From contig OZ024740.1 in NCBI GenBank assembly GCA_964016885.1, positions 3,720,001-3,784,000 on the forward strand: a stretch of 64,000 nt of DNA. Direction: 5' to 3'. The translations under genes and the position numbers were made by a program. Shown piece by piece: positions 11,101 to 24,439 of this stretch (the stretch's first letter is position 1; each line of letters starts with the position of its first letter). The notes beneath the pieces are model-generated. The model was not told the origin of the DNA, made no database searches, and worked only from the letters and a program-made list of their open reading frames with translations. The DNA is from Eledone cirrhosa (lineage: Eukaryota).

Positions 11101-14100
11101 TGTTGTAGTCTAGGGTTTGTAGTCTAGGGTTTGTTGTAGTCTAGGATTTGTAGTCTAGGATTTGTTGTAGTCTATGATTTGTACTCTATGATTTGTAGTC
11201 TAGGATTTGTAGTCTAGGATTTGTAGTCTAGGATTTGTAGTCTACGATTTGTAGTCTAGGATTTGTAGTCTATGATTTGTAGTCTATGATTTGTAGTTTA
11301 TGATTTGTAGTCTAGTATTTGTAGTCTACGATTTGTAGTCTAGGATTTGTAGTCTAGGATTTGTAGTCTACGATTTGTAGTCTAGAATTTGTAGTCTATG
11401 ATTTGTAGTCTAGGATTTGTAGTCTAGGATTTGTAGTCTAGGATTTGTAGTCTAGGATTTGTAGTCTACGATTTGTAGTCTAGGATTTGTAGTCTAGGAT
11501 TTGTAGTCTAGGATTTGTTGTAGTCTAGGATTTGTAGTCTAGGATTTGTAGTCTATGATTTGTAGTCTAGGATTTGTAGTCTAGGATTTGTTGTAGTCTA
11601 GGATTTGTAGTCTAGGATTTGTTGTAGTCTATGATTTGTACTCTATGATTTGTAGTCTAGGATTTGTAGTCTAGGATTTGTAGTCTAGGATTTGTAGTCT
11701 AGGATTTGTAGTCTACGATTTGTAGTCTAGGATTTGTAGTCTAGGATTTGTAGTCTATGATTTGTAGTCTATGATTTGTAGTCTAGGATTTGTAGTCTAC
11801 GATTTGTAGTCTAGGATTTGTAGTCTAGGATTTGTAGTCTACGATTTGTAGTCTAGAATTTGTAGTCTATGATTTGTAGTCTATGATTTGTAGTCTAGGA
11901 TTTGTAGTCTAGGATTTGTAGTCTAGGATTTGTAGTCTACGATTTGTAGTCTACGATTTGTAGTCTAGGATTTGTAGTCTAGGATTTGTTGTAGTCTAGG
12001 ATTTGTAGTCTAGGATTTGTAGTCTAGGATTTGTAGTCTAGGATTTGTCGTCTAGGATTTGTTGTAGTCTAGGATTTGTAGTCTAGGATTTGTAGTCTAT
12101 GATTTGTAGTCTAGGATTTGTAGTCTAGGATTTGTAGTCTAGGATTTGTAGTCTAGGATTTGTAGTCTAGGATTTGTAGTCTAGGATTTGTAGTCTAGGA
12201 TTTGTAGTCTAGGATTTGTAGTCTAGGATTTGTAGTCTAGGATTTGTAGTCTATGATTTGTAGTCTAGGATTTGTAGTCTAGGATTTGTTGTCTATGTTT
12301 GTTGTAGTCTAGGATTTGTTGTAGTCTATGATTTGTAGTCTACGATTTGTAGTCTAGGATTTGTAGTCTAGGATTTGTAGTCTAGGATTTGTAGTCTAGG
12401 ATTTGTTGTAGTCTAGGGTTTGTAGTCTAGGATTTGTTGTAGTCCAGGATTTGTAGTCTAGGATTTGTTGTAGTCTATGATTTGTACTCTATGATTTGTA
12501 GTCTAGGATTTGTAGTCTATGATTCGTAGTCTAGGATTTGTAGTCTACGATTTGTAGTCTAGGATTTGTAGTCTAGGATTTGTAGTCTATGATTTGTAGT
12601 CTATGATTTGTAGTCTAGGATTTGTAGTCTACGATTTGTAGTCTAGGATTTGTAGTCTACGATTTGTAGTCTAGAATTTGTAGTCTATGATTTGTAGTCT
12701 AGGATTTGTATTCTATGTTTGTTGTAGTCTAGGATTTGTAGTCTAGATTTGTTGTCTATGTTTGTTGTAGTCTAGGATTTGTTGTAGTCTATGATTTGTA
12801 GTCTACGATTTGTAGTCTATGATTTGTAGTCTAGGATTTGTAGTCTAGGATTTGTAGGCTAGGATTTGTTGTAGTCTAGGGTTTGTAGTCTAGGATTTGT
12901 TGTAGTCTAGGATTTGTAGTCTAGGATTTGTTGTAGTCTATGATTTGTACTCTATGATTTGTAGTCTAGGATTTGTAGTCTATGATTTGTAGTCTAGGAT
13001 TTGTAGTTTACGATTTGTAGTCTAGGATTTGTAGTCTAGGATTTGTAGTCTATGATTTGTAGTCTATGATTTGTAGTCTAGGATTTGTAGTCTACGATTT
13101 GTAGTCTAGGATTTGTAGTCTAGGATTTGTAGTCTACGATTTGTAGTCTAGAATTTGTAGTCTATGATTTGTAGTCTATGATTTGTAGTCTAGGATTTGT
13201 AGTCTAGGATTTGTAGTCTAGGATTTGTAGTCTAGGATTTGTAGTCTAGGATTTGTAGTCTAGGATTTGTAGTCTAGGAATTGTTGTAGTCTAGGATTTG
13301 TAGTCTAGGATTTGTAGTCTAGGATTTGTAGTCTAGGATTTGTAGTCTAGGATTTGTTGTAGTCTAGGATTTGTAGTCTAGGATTTGTAGTCTAGGATTT
13401 GTAGTCTATGATTTGTAGTCTATGATTTGTAGTCTAGGATTTGTAGTCTAGGATTTGTAGTCTAGGATTTGTAGTCTATGTTTGTTGTAGTCTAGGATTT
13501 GTAGTCTAGATTTGTTGTCTATGTTTGTTGTAGTCTAGGATTTGTTGTAGTCTATGATTTGTAGTCTACGATTTGTAGTCTATGATTTGTAGTCTATGAT
13601 TTGTAGTCTAGGATTTGTATTCTAGGATTTGTTGTAGTCTAGGGTTTGTAGTCTAGGGTTTGTTGTAGTCTAGGATTTGTAGTCTAGGATTTGTTGTAGT
13701 CTATGATTTGTACTCTATGATTTGTAGTCTAGGATGTGTAGTCTAGGATTTGTAGTCTAGGATTTGTAGTCTACGATTTGTAGTCTAGGATTTGTAGTCT
13801 ATGATTTGTAGTCTATGATTTGTAGTCTATGATTTGTAGTCTAGGATTTGTAGTCTACGATTTGTAGTCTAGGATTTGTAGTCTAGGATTTGTAGTCTAC
13901 GATTTGTAGTCTAGAATTTGTAGTCTATGATTTGTAGTCTAGGATTTGTAGTCTAGGATTTGTAGTCTAGGATTTGTAGTCTAGGATTTGTAGTCTACGA
14001 TTTGTAGTCTAGGATTTGTAGTCTAGGATTTGTAGTCTAGTATTTGTTGTAGTCTAGGATTTGTAGTCTAGGATTTGTAGTCTATGATTTGTGGTCTAGG

Positions 14101-17100
14101 ATTTGTAGTCTAGGATTTGTTGTAGTCTAGGATTTGTAGTCTAGGATTTGTTGTAGTCTATGATTTGTACTCTATGATTTGTTGTCTAGGATTTGTAGTC
14201 TAGGATTTGTAGTCTAGGATTTGTAGTCTAGGATTTGTAGTCTACGATTTGTAGTCTAGGATTTGTAGTCTAGGATTTGTAGTCTATGATTTGTAGTCTA
14301 TGATTTGTAGTCTAGGATTTGTAGTCTACGATTTGTAGTCTAGGATTTGTAGTCTAGGATTTGTAGTCTACGATTTGTAGTCTAGAATTTGTAGTCTATG
14401 ATTTGTAGTCTATGATTTGTAGTCTAGGATTTGTAGTCTAGGATTTGTAGTCTAGGATTTGTAGTCTACGATTTGTAGTCTACGATTTGTAGTCTAGGAT
14501 TTGTAGTCTAGGATTTGTTGTAGTCTAGGATTTGTAGTCTAGGATTTGTAGTCTAGGATTTGTAGTCTAGGATTTGTCGTCTAGGATTTGTTGTAGTCTA
14601 GGATTTGTAGTCTAGGATTTGTAGTCTATGATTTGTAGTCTAGGATTTGTAGTCTAGGATTTGTTGTAGTCTAGGATTTGTAGTCTAGGATTTGTAGTCT
14701 AGGATTTGTAGTCTAGGATTTGTAGTCTAGGATTTGTAGTCTAGGATTTGTAGTCTAGGATTTGTAGTCTATGATTTGTAGTCTAGGATTTGTAGTCTAG
14801 GATTTGTAGTCTAGGATTTGTAGTCTAGGATTTGTAGTCTATGATTTGTAGTCTATGATTTGTACTCTATGATTTGTAGTCTATGATTTGTAGTCTAGGA
14901 TTTGTAGTCTATGATTTGTACTCTATGATTTGTAGTCTAGGATTTGTAGTCTATGATTTGTAGTCTAGGATTTGTAGTCTATGATTTGTAGTCTAGGATT
15001 TGTAGTCTACGATTTGTAGTCTAGGATTTGTAGTCTACGATTTGTAGTCTACGATTTGTAGTTTAGGATTTGTAGTCTATGATTTGTAGTCTAGGATTTG
15101 TTGAAGTCTATGATTTGTAGTCTAGGATTTGTTGTAGTCTATGATTTGTAGTCTAGGATTTGTAGTCTAGGATTTGTAGTCTAGGATTTGTAGTCTAGGA
15201 TTTGTAGTCTAGGATTTGTAGTCTAGGATTTGTTGTAGTCTAGGATTTGTAGTCTAGGATTTGTTGTACTCTAGGATTTGTAGTCTATGATTTGTAGTCT
15301 AGGATTTGTTGTAGTCTAGGATTTGTAGTCTAGGATTTGTAGTCTATGATTTGTAGTCTATGATTTGTAGTCTAGGATTTGTAGTCTAGGATTTGTAGTC
15401 TAGGATTTGTAGTGTATGATTTGTAGTCTATGATTTGTACTCTATGATTTGTAGTCTATGATTTTTAGTCTAGGATTTGTAGTCTATTATTTGTACTCTA
15501 TGATTTGTAGTCTAGGATTTGTAGTCTATGATTTGTAGTCTAGGATTTGTAGTCTACGATTTGTAGTCTAGGATTTGTAGTCTACGATTTGTAGTCTACG
15601 ATTTGTAGTCTAGGATATGTAGTCTATGATTTGTAGTCTAGGATTTGTTGAAGTCTATGATTTGTAGTCAAGGATTTGTTGTAGTCTATGATTTGTAGTC
15701 TATGATTTGTAGTCTAGGATTTGTAGTCTAGGATTTGTAGTCTATGATTTGTAGTCTAGGATTTGTTGTAGTCTAGGATTTGTAGTCTAGGATTTGTTGT
15801 ACTCTAGGATTTGTAGTCTAGGATTTGTAGTCTAGGATTTGTTGTAGTCTAGGATTTGTAGTCTAGGATTTGTAGTCTATGATTTGTAGTCTAGGATTTG
15901 TAGTCTAGGATTTGTTGTAGTCTAGGATTTGTAGTCTAGGATTTGTAGTCTATGATTTGTAGTCTAGGTTTGTTGTAGTCTAGGATTTGTAGTCTAGGAT
16001 TTGTTGTAGTCTAGGATTGGTAGTCTCGGATTTGTAGTCTAGGTTGTTGTAGTCTAGGATTTGTAGTCTCTGATTTGTAGTCTAGGATTTCTTGTAGTCT
16101 AGCATTTGTAGTCTAGGATTTGATGTAGTCTAGGATTTGTAGTCTACGCTTGTTGTTGTCTAGGATTTGTAGTCTAGGATTTGTTGTAGTCTAGGATTGG
16201 TAGTCTAGGATTTGTAGTCTAGGTTGTTGTAGTCTAGGATTTGTAGTCTAGGATTTGTAGTCTAGGTTTGTTGTAGTCTAGGATTTGTAGTCTAGGATTT
16301 GTTGTAGTCTAGGATTGGTAGTCTCGGATTTGTAGTCTAGGTTGTTGTAGTCTAGGATTTGTAGTCTAGGCTTTGTAGTCTAGGATTTGTTGTCTAGGAT
16401 TTGTTGTAGTCTAGGATTTGTAGTCTAGGCTTTGTAGTCTAGGATTTGTAGTCTAGGATTTGTTGTAGTCTAGGATTTGTTGTGGTCTAGGATTTGTAGT
16501 CTATGTTTCTCGTAGTCTAGGATTTGCAGTCTAGGATTTGTTGTAGTCAGGGATGTGTAGTCTAGGTTTGTTGTAGTCTAGGATTTGAAAAATCTAGGTT
16601 TGTTGTAATTTAGGATTTGTAGTCTAGGATTTGTAGTCTAGGATTTGTAGTCTATGATTTGTAGTCTAGGATTTGTTGTAGTCTAGGATTTGTAGTCTAG
16701 GATTTGTTGTACTCTAGGATTTGTAGTCTAGGATTTGTAGTCTAGGATTTGTTGTAGTCTAGGATTTGTAGTCTAGGATTTGTAGTCTATGATTTGTAGT
16801 CTAGGATTTGTAGTCTAGGATTTGTTGTAGTCTAGGATTTGTAGTCTAGGATTTGTAGTCTATGATTTGTAGTCTAGGTTTGTTGTAGTCTAGGATTTGT
16901 AGTCTAGGATTTGTTGTAGTCTAGGATTGGTAGTCTCGGATTTGTAGTCTAGGTTGTTGTAGTCTAGGATTTGTAGTCTCTGATTTGTAGTCTAGGATTT
17001 CTTGTAGTCTAGCATTTGTAGTCTAGGATTTGATGTAGTCTAGGATTTGTAGTCTACGCTTGTTGTTGTCTAGGATTTGTAGTCTAGGATTTGTTGTAGT

Positions 17101-18041
17101 CTAGGATTGGTAGTCTAGGATTTGTAGTCTAGGTTGTTGTAGTCTAGGATTTGTAGTCTAGGATTTGTAGTCTAGGTTTGTTGTAGTCTAGGATTTGTAG
17201 TCTAGGATTTGTTGTAGTCTAGGATTGGTAGTCTCGGATTTGTAGTCTAGGTTGTTGTAGTCTAGGATTTGTAGTCTAGGCTTTGTAGTCTAGGATTTGT
17301 TGTCTAGGATTTGTTGTAGTCTAGGATTTGTAGTCTAGGCTTTGTAGTCTAGGATTTGTAGTCTAGGATTTGTTGTAGTCTAGGATTTGTTGTGGTCTAG
17401 GATTTGTAGTCTATGTTTCTCGTAGTCTAGGATTTGCAGTCTAGGATTTGTTGTAGTCAGGGATGTGTAGTCTAGGTTTGTTGTAGTCTAGGATTTGAAA
17501 AATCTAGGTTTGTTGTAATTTAGGATTTGTAGTCTAGGATTTGTAGTCTAGGATTTGTAGCCTAGGATTTGTAGTCGAGGATTTGTTGTAGTCTAGGATT
17601 GGTAGTCTAGGATTTGTAGTCTAGGATTTGTAGTCTAGGATTTGTTGTACTCTAGGATTTGATGTAGTCTAGGATTTGTAGTCTAGGTTTGTTGTAGTCT
17701 AGGTTTGTTATAGTCTAGGATTTGTAGTCTATGATTTGTAGTCTAGAATATGTAGTCTTGGATTTGTTGTAGTCTAGGATTTGATGTAGTCTAGGATTTG
17801 TAGTCTAGGATTTGTAGTCTATCTTTGTTGTAGTCTAGCATTTGTAGTCTAGGATTTGTAGTCTATGATTTGTAGTCTAGGATATGTAGTCTTGGATTTG
17901 TTGTAGTCTAGGATTTGATGTAGTCTAGGATTTGTAGTCTAGGATTTGTAGTCTATCTTTGTTGTAGTCTAGCATTTGTAGTGTAGGATTTGTAGTCTAG
18001 GATTTGTAGTCTAGGATTTGTAGTAGTGTAGCATTTGTAGT
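5178..18041. repeat. 14-bp satellite array I, consensus GATTTGTAGTCTAG (roughly 900 units)
   Basis: Direct periodicity; variants ...CTAT/...CTAC, 17-bp (+TTG) and 13/16-bp units. Confidence 0.98.
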
Positions 18042-18148
18042 AAGTTGAAAGGTTCTGTTGGAATGTTGTTGATGTTTAGCGGTCAGAAGAACCTGAGGAA
18101 TGGAGTATAAAGGAAGTAAGATCTTGTAGACAATATAGCGATCAAATA

Positions 18149-18261
18149 TTTATTGAGTTTATGTCAAAGTTAGTAATGAATGCTCATGATACTACATCTA
18201 TTGGGAGCTCCAGAACAAGAAAACAAGAAATTTAAGAAGAATCTGATGAAACAAAGCGCGG
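18149..18261 (-). other. Duplicate copy of candidate terminal exon (PRFVSSDSS*, 18232-18261) with AATAAA (18149-18154)
   Basis: Appears identical to 23734-23846 at offset 5585; acceptor ttgtttgcttattcccctcag. Confidence 0.4.
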
Positions 18262-18365
18262 CTGAGGGGAATAAGCAAACAATTAAAAATGATAAAACTG
18301 TAATAATATGGCAGCGATGTATTTGTTTTGCAAGCTTGTTGATATGATCAAAGATAGAATATAAT

Positions 18366-18557
18366 AACCCATCACCCCCACCCATCCTTCTGTGACCCCA
18401 GAGCCTATCACCTGTCCCCTTACCCTCCCATTCTTCTGTGACCCCAGAGTCCATCACCCCGCCCCCCTTCCCCTCCAATTCTTCTGTGACCCCAGAGCCC
18501 ATCACCCATCCTCTTCCCCTCCCATTCTTCTGTGACCCCAGAGTCCTTACCCTTCCC
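18366..18557. repeat. C-rich 46-48-bp minisatellite, ~4 copies
   Basis: tgtgaccccagag at 18391, 18437, 18485 and 18531. Confidence 0.9.
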
Positions 18558-18669
18558 TTCATTATCTGTTTTTAAATATCTGTAGTTTTGTTATTATTTG
18601 ATTTGAAATAGATTTGTTTATGATTTTTAATTTTTTTTAAAAAATAAAATGTTTATATGTTTAAAAATA

Positions 18670-21600
18670 TATGATTTGTAGTCTACGATTTGTAGTCTAT
18701 GATTTGTAGTCTAGGATTTGTAGTCTAGGATTTGTAGTCTAGGATTTGTTGTAGTCTAGGGTTTGTAGTCTAGGATTTGTTGTAGTCTAGGATTTGTAGT
18801 CTAGGATTTGTTGTAGTCTATGATTTGTACTCTATGATTTGTAGTCTAGGATTTGTAGTCTATGATTTGTAGTCTAGGATTTGTAGTCTACGATTTGTAG
18901 TCTAGGATTTGTAGTCTAGGATTTGTAGTCTATGATTTGTAGTCTATGATTTGTAGTCTAGGATTTGTAGTCTACGATTTGTAGTCTACGATTTGTAGTC
19001 TAGGATTTGTAGTCTACGATTTGTAGTCTAGAATTTGTAGTCTATGATTTGTAGTCTATGATTTGTAGTCTAGGATTTGTAGTCTAGGATTTGTAGTCTA
19101 GGATTTGTAGTCTATGATTTGTAGTCTAGGATTTGTATTCTATGTTTGTTGTAGTCTAGGATTTGTAGTCTAGATTTGTTATCTATGTTTGTTGTAGTCT
19201 AGGATTTGTTGTAGTCTATGATTTGTAGTCTACGATTTGTAGTCTATGATTTGTAGTCTAGGATTTGTAGTCTAGGATTTGTAGGCTAGGATTTGTTGTA
19301 GTCTAGGGTTTGTAGTCTAGGATTTGTTGTAGTCTAGGATTTGTAGTCTAGGATTTGTTGTAGTCTATGATTTGTACTCTATGATTTGTAGTCTAGGATT
19401 TGTAGTCTATGATTTGTAGTCTAGGATTTGTAGTTTACGATTTGTAGTCTAGGATTTGTAGTCTAGGATTTGTAGTCTATGATTTGTAGTCTATGATTTG
19501 TAGTCTAGGATTTGTAGTCTACGATTTGTAGTCTAGGATTTGTAGTCTAGGATTTGTAGTCTACGATTTGTAGTCTAGAATTTGTAGTCTATGATTTGTA
19601 GTCTATGATTTGTAGTCTAGGATTTGTAGTCTAGGATTTGTAGTCTAGGTTTTGTAGTCTAGGATTTGTAGTCTAGGATTTGTAGTCTAGGATTTGTAGT
19701 CTAGGATTTGTTGTAGTCTAGGATTTGTAGTCTAGGATTTGTAGTCTAGGATTTGTAGTCTAGGATTTGTAGTCTAGGATTTGTTGTAGTCTAGGATTTG
19801 TAGTCTAGGATTTGTAGTCTAGGATTTGTAGTCTATGATTTGTAGTCTATGATTTGTAGTCTAGGATTTGTAGTCTAGGATTTGTAGTCTAGGATTTGTA
19901 GTCTATGTTTGTTGTAGTCTAGGATTTGTAGTCTAGATTTGTTGTCTATGTTTGTTGTAGTCTAGGATTTGTTGTAGTCTATGATTTGTAGTCTACGATT
20001 TGTAGTCTATGATTTGTAGTCTATGATTTGTAGTCTAGGATTTGTATTCTAGGATTTGTTGTAGTCTAGGGTTTGTAGTCTAGGGTTTGTTGTAGTCTAG
20101 GATTTGTAGTCTAGGATTTGTTGTAGTCTATGATTTGTACTCTATGATTTGTAGTCTAGGATTTGTAGTCTAGGATTTGTAGTCTAGGATTTGTAGTCTA
20201 CGATTTGTAGTCTAGGATTTGTAGTCTATGATTTGTAGTCTGATTTGTAGTCTATGATTTGTAGTCTAGGATTTGTAGTCTACGATTTGTAGTCTAGGAT
20301 TTGTAGTCTAGGATTTGTAGTCTACGATTTGTAGTCTAGAATTTGTAGTCTAGGATTTGTAGTCTAGGATTTGTAGTCTAGGATTTGTAGTCTAGGATTT
20401 GTAGTCTAGGATTTGTAGTCTACGATTTGTAGTCTAGGATTTGTAGTCTAGGATTTGTAGTCTAGGATTTGTTGTAGTCTAGGATTTGTAGTCTAGGATT
20501 TGTAGTCTATGATTTGTAGTCTAGGATTTGTAGTCTAGGATTTGTTGTAGTCTAGGATTTGTAGTCTAGGATTTGTTGTAGTCTATGATTTGTACTCTAT
20601 GATTTGTAGTCTAGGATTTGTAGTCTAGGATTTGTAGTCTAGGATTTGTAGTCTAGGATTTGTAGTCTACGATTTGTAGTCTAGGATTTGTAGTCTAGGA
20701 TTTGTAGTCTATGATTTGTAGTCTATGATTTGTAGTCTAGGATTTGTAGTCTAGGATTTGTAGTCTAGGATTTGTAGTCTAGGATTTGTAGTCTACGATT
20801 TGTAGTCTAGAATTTGTAGTCTATGATTTGTAGTCTATGATTTGTAGTCTAGGATTTGTAGTCTAGGATTTGTAGTCTAGGATTTGTAGTCTACGATTTG
20901 TAGTCTACGATTTGTAGTCTAGGATTTGTAGTCTAGGATTTGTTGTAGTCTAGGATTTGTAGTCTAGGATTTGTAGTCTAGGATTTGTAGTCTAGGATTT
21001 GTCGTCTAGGATTTGTTGTAGTCTAGGATTTGTAGTCTAGGATTTGTAGTCTATGATTTGTAGTCTAGGATTTGTAGTCTAGGATTTGTTGTAGTCTAGG
21101 ATTTGTAGTCTAGGATTTGTAGTCTAGGATTTGTAGTCTAGGATTTGTAGTCTAGGATTTGTAGTCTAGGATTTGTAGTCTAGGATTTGTAGTCTATGAT
21201 TTGTAGTCTAGGATTTGTAGTCTAGGATTTGTAGTCTAGGATTTGTAGTCTAGGATTTGTAGTCTATGATTTGTAGTCTATGATTTGTACTCTATGATTT
21301 GTAGTCTATGATTTGTAGTCTAGGATTTGTAGTCTATGATTTGTACTCTATGATTTGTAGTCTAGGATTTGTAGTCTATGATTTGTAGTCTAGGATTTGT
21401 AGTCTATGATTTGTAGTCTAGGATTTGTAGTCTACGATTTGTAGTCTAGGATTTGTAGTCTACAATTTGTAGTCTACGATTTGTAGTTTAGGATTTGTAG
21501 TCTATGATTTGTAGTCTAGGATTTGTTGAAGTCTATGATTTGTAGTCTAGGATTTGTTGTAGTCTATGATTTGTAGTCTAGGATTTGTAGTCTAGGATTT

Positions 21601-23626
21601 GTAGTCTAGGATTTGTAGTCTAGGATTTGTAGTCTAGGATTTGTTGTAGTCTAGGATTTGTAGTCTAGGATTTGTTGTACTCTAGGATTTGTAGTCTATG
21701 ATTTGTAGTCTAGGATTTGTTGTAGTCTAGGATTTGTAGTCTAGGATTTGTAGTCTATGATTTGTAGTCTATGATTTGTAGTCTAGGATTTGTAGTCTAG
21801 GATTTGTAGTCTAGGATTTGTAGTCTAGGATTTGTAGTCTATGATTTGTAGTCTATGATTTGTACTCTATGATTTGTAGTCTATGATTTTTAGTCTAGGA
21901 TTTGTAGTCTATTATTTGTAGTCTATGATTTGTAGTCTAGGATTTGTAGTCTATGATTTGTAGTCTAGGATTTGTAGTCTATGATTTGTAGTCTAGGATT
22001 TGTAGTCTACGATTTGTAGTCTAGGATTTGTAGTCTACGATTTGTAGTCTACGATTTGTAGTCTAGGATTTGTAGTCTATGATTTGTAGTCTAGGATTTG
22101 TTGAAGTCTATGATTTGTAGTCTAGGATTTGTTGTAGTCTATGATTTGTAGCCTATGATTTGTAGTCTAGGATTTGTAGTCTAGGATTTGTAGTCTATGA
22201 TTTGTAGTCTAGGATTTGTTGTAGTCTAGGATTTGTAGTCTAGGATTTGTTGTACTCTAGGATTTGTAGTCTAGGATTTGTAGTCTAGGATTTGTTGTAG
22301 TCTAGGATTTGTAGTCTAGGATTTGTAGTCTATGACTTGTAGTCTAGGATTTGTAGTCTAGGATTTGTTGTAGTCTAGGATTTGTAGTCTAGGATTTGTA
22401 GTCTATGATTTGTAGTCTATGATTTGTAGTCTATGATTTGTAGTCTAGGATTTGTAGTCTAGGTTTGTTGTAGTCTAGGATTTGTAGTCTAGGATTTGTT
22501 GTAGTCTAGGATTGGTAGTCTCGGATTTGTAGTCTAGGTTGTTGTAGTCTAGGATTTGTAGTCTCTGATTTGTAGTCTAGGATTTCTTGTAGTCTATCAT
22601 TTGTAGTCTAGGATTCGATGTAGTCTAGGATTTGTAGTCTACGCTTGTTGTTGTCTAGGATTTGTAGTCTAGGATTTGTTGTAGTCTAGGATTGGTAGTC
22701 TAGGATTTGTAGTCTAGGTTGTTGTAGTCTAGGATTTGTAGTCTAGGATTTGTAGTCTAGGTTTGTTGTAGTCTAGGATTTGTAGTCTAGGATTTGTTGT
22801 AGTCTAGGATTGGTAGTCTCGGATTTGTAGTCTAGGTTGTTGTAGTCTAGGATTTGTAGTCTAGGCTTTGTAGTCTAGGATTTGTTGTCTAGGATTTGTT
22901 GTAGTCTAGGATTTGTAGTCTAGGCTTTGTAGTCTAGGATTTGTAGTCTAGGATTTGTTGTAGTCTAGGATTTGTTGTGGTCTAGGATTTGTAGTCTATG
23001 TTTCTCGTAGTCTAGGATTTGCAGTCTAGGATTTGTTGTAGTCAGGGATGTGTAGTCTAGGTTTGTTGTAGTCTAGGATTTGAAAAATCTAGGTTTGTTG
23101 TAATTTAGGATTTGTAGTCTAGGATTTGTAGTCTAGGATTTGTAGCCTAGGATTTGTAGTCGAGGATTTGTTGTAGTCTAGGATTGGTAGTCTAGGATTT
23201 GTAGTCTAGGATTTGTAGTCTAGGATTTGTTGTACTCTAGGATTTGATGTAGTCTAGGATTTGTAGTCTAGGTTTGTTGTAGTCTAGGTTTGTTATAGTC
23301 TAGGATTTGTAGTCTATGATTTGTAGTCTAGAATATGTAGTCTTGGATTTGTTGTAGTCTAGGATTTGATGTAGTCTAGGATTTGTAGTCTAGGATTTGT
23401 AGTCTATCTTTGTTGTAGTCTAGCATTTGTAGTCTAGGATTTGTAGTCTATGATTTGTAGTCTAGGATATGTAGTCTTGGATTTGTTGTAGTCTAGGATT
23501 TGATGTAGTCTAGGATTTGTAGTCTAGGATTTGTAGTCTATCTTTGTTGTAGTCTAGCATTTGTAGTGTAGGATTTGTAGTCTAGGATTTGTAGTCTAGG
23601 ATTTGTAGTAGTGTAGCATTTGTAGT
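18670..23626. repeat. 14-bp satellite array II
   Basis: Same unit and same order of variant units as the distal part of array I. Confidence 0.98.
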
Positions 23627-23733
23627 AAGTTGAAAGGTTCTGTTGGAATGTTGTTGATGTTTAGCGGTCAGAAGAACCTGAGGAATGGAGTATAAAGGAA
23701 GTAAGATCTTGTAGACAATATAGCGATCAAATA

Positions 23734-23739
23734 TTTATT
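23734..23739 (-). terminator. Candidate polyadenylation signal AATAAA
   Basis: Lies ~78 nt after the predicted stop of the terminal exon. Confidence 0.35.
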
Positions 23740-23816
23740 GAGTTTATGTCAAAGTTAGTAATGAATGCTCATGATACTACATCTATTGGGAGCTCCAGAA
23801 CAAGAAAACAAGAAAT

Positions 23817-23846
23817 TTAAGAAGAATCTGATGAAACAAAGCGCGG
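23817..23846 (-). CDS. Candidate terminal coding exon (PRFVSSDSS*)
   Basis: Strong acceptor tttaattgtttgcttattcccctcag; phase 0 matches the upstream exon; AATAAA follows. Confidence 0.4.
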   Translation of the reverse strand, partial: PRFVSSDSS

Positions 23847-23950
23847 CTGAGGGGAATAAGCAAACAATTAAAAATGATAAAACTGTAATAATATGGCAGC
23901 GATGTATTTGTTTTGCAAGCTTGTTGATATGATCAAAGATAGAATATAAT

Positions 23951-24142
23951 AACCCATCACCCCCACCCATCCTTCTGTGACCCCAGAGCCTATCACCTGT
24001 CCCCTTACCCTCCCATTCTTCTGTGACCCCAGAGTCCATCACCCCGCCCCCCTTCCCCTCCAATTCTTCTGTGACCCCAGAGCCCATCACCCATCCTCTT
24101 CCCCTCCCATTCTTCTGTGACCCCAGAGTCCTTACCCTTCCC
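23951..24142. repeat. C-rich 46-48-bp minisatellite, second copy
   Basis: Copy of 18366-18557. Confidence 0.9.
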
Positions 24143-24347
24143 TTCATTATCTGTTTTTAAATATCTGTAGTTTTGTTATTATTTGATTTGAAATAGATTT
24201 GTTTATGATTTTTAATTTTTTTTAAAAAATAAAATGTTTATATGTTTAAAAATATATGCAGATGAACTAACAACACCCACACACAAACACACACTGGTGA
24301 CCAAAGATAGAATATAAACACATGCAGAATCAGACACGAACACTCAC

Positions 24348-24439
24348 CAAACAGAATACAAGCACAAACGCAATCAGACAACCAAAAAAAAAAAGCGTTA
24401 TAGAAATAATGGGAGGAAACACAGTAGTGATAATCATCA
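24348..24439 (-). CDS. Candidate 92-nt transmembrane-helix exon (xMIITTVFPPIISITLFFFGCLIAFVLVFCL)
   Basis: Acceptor catttctgtgacattttcag, donor GTGAGT; phase 1 to phase 0; 30 uncharged, mostly hydrophobic codons. Confidence 0.5.

Larger units (their letters stand above)
18674..24258. repeat. Second copy of a tandem segmental duplication (satellite plus ~630-bp unique block)
   Basis: Unique block 18042-18673 matches 23627-24258 (offset 5585; identical 130-aa ORFs in the track). Rare variant gaaaaatctagg at 17497 and 23082. Confidence 0.95.

Noticed and set aside
18080-18115. Plus-strand 36-nt microexon RSEEPEEWSIKE (tttag|...|gtaag)
   Set aside because: Weak pyrimidine tract and no partner plus-strand exons found; not fully excluded.
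18170-18562. 130-aa ORF (also 23755-24147)
   Set aside because: Mostly minisatellite translation; identity between copies is explained by the recent duplication.
5178-23626. Telomeric repeat or coding repeat (mucin-like)
   Set aside because: The unit is not TTAGGG, the array is internal, and the 14-bp period with CTAG introduces frequent stops on both strands.
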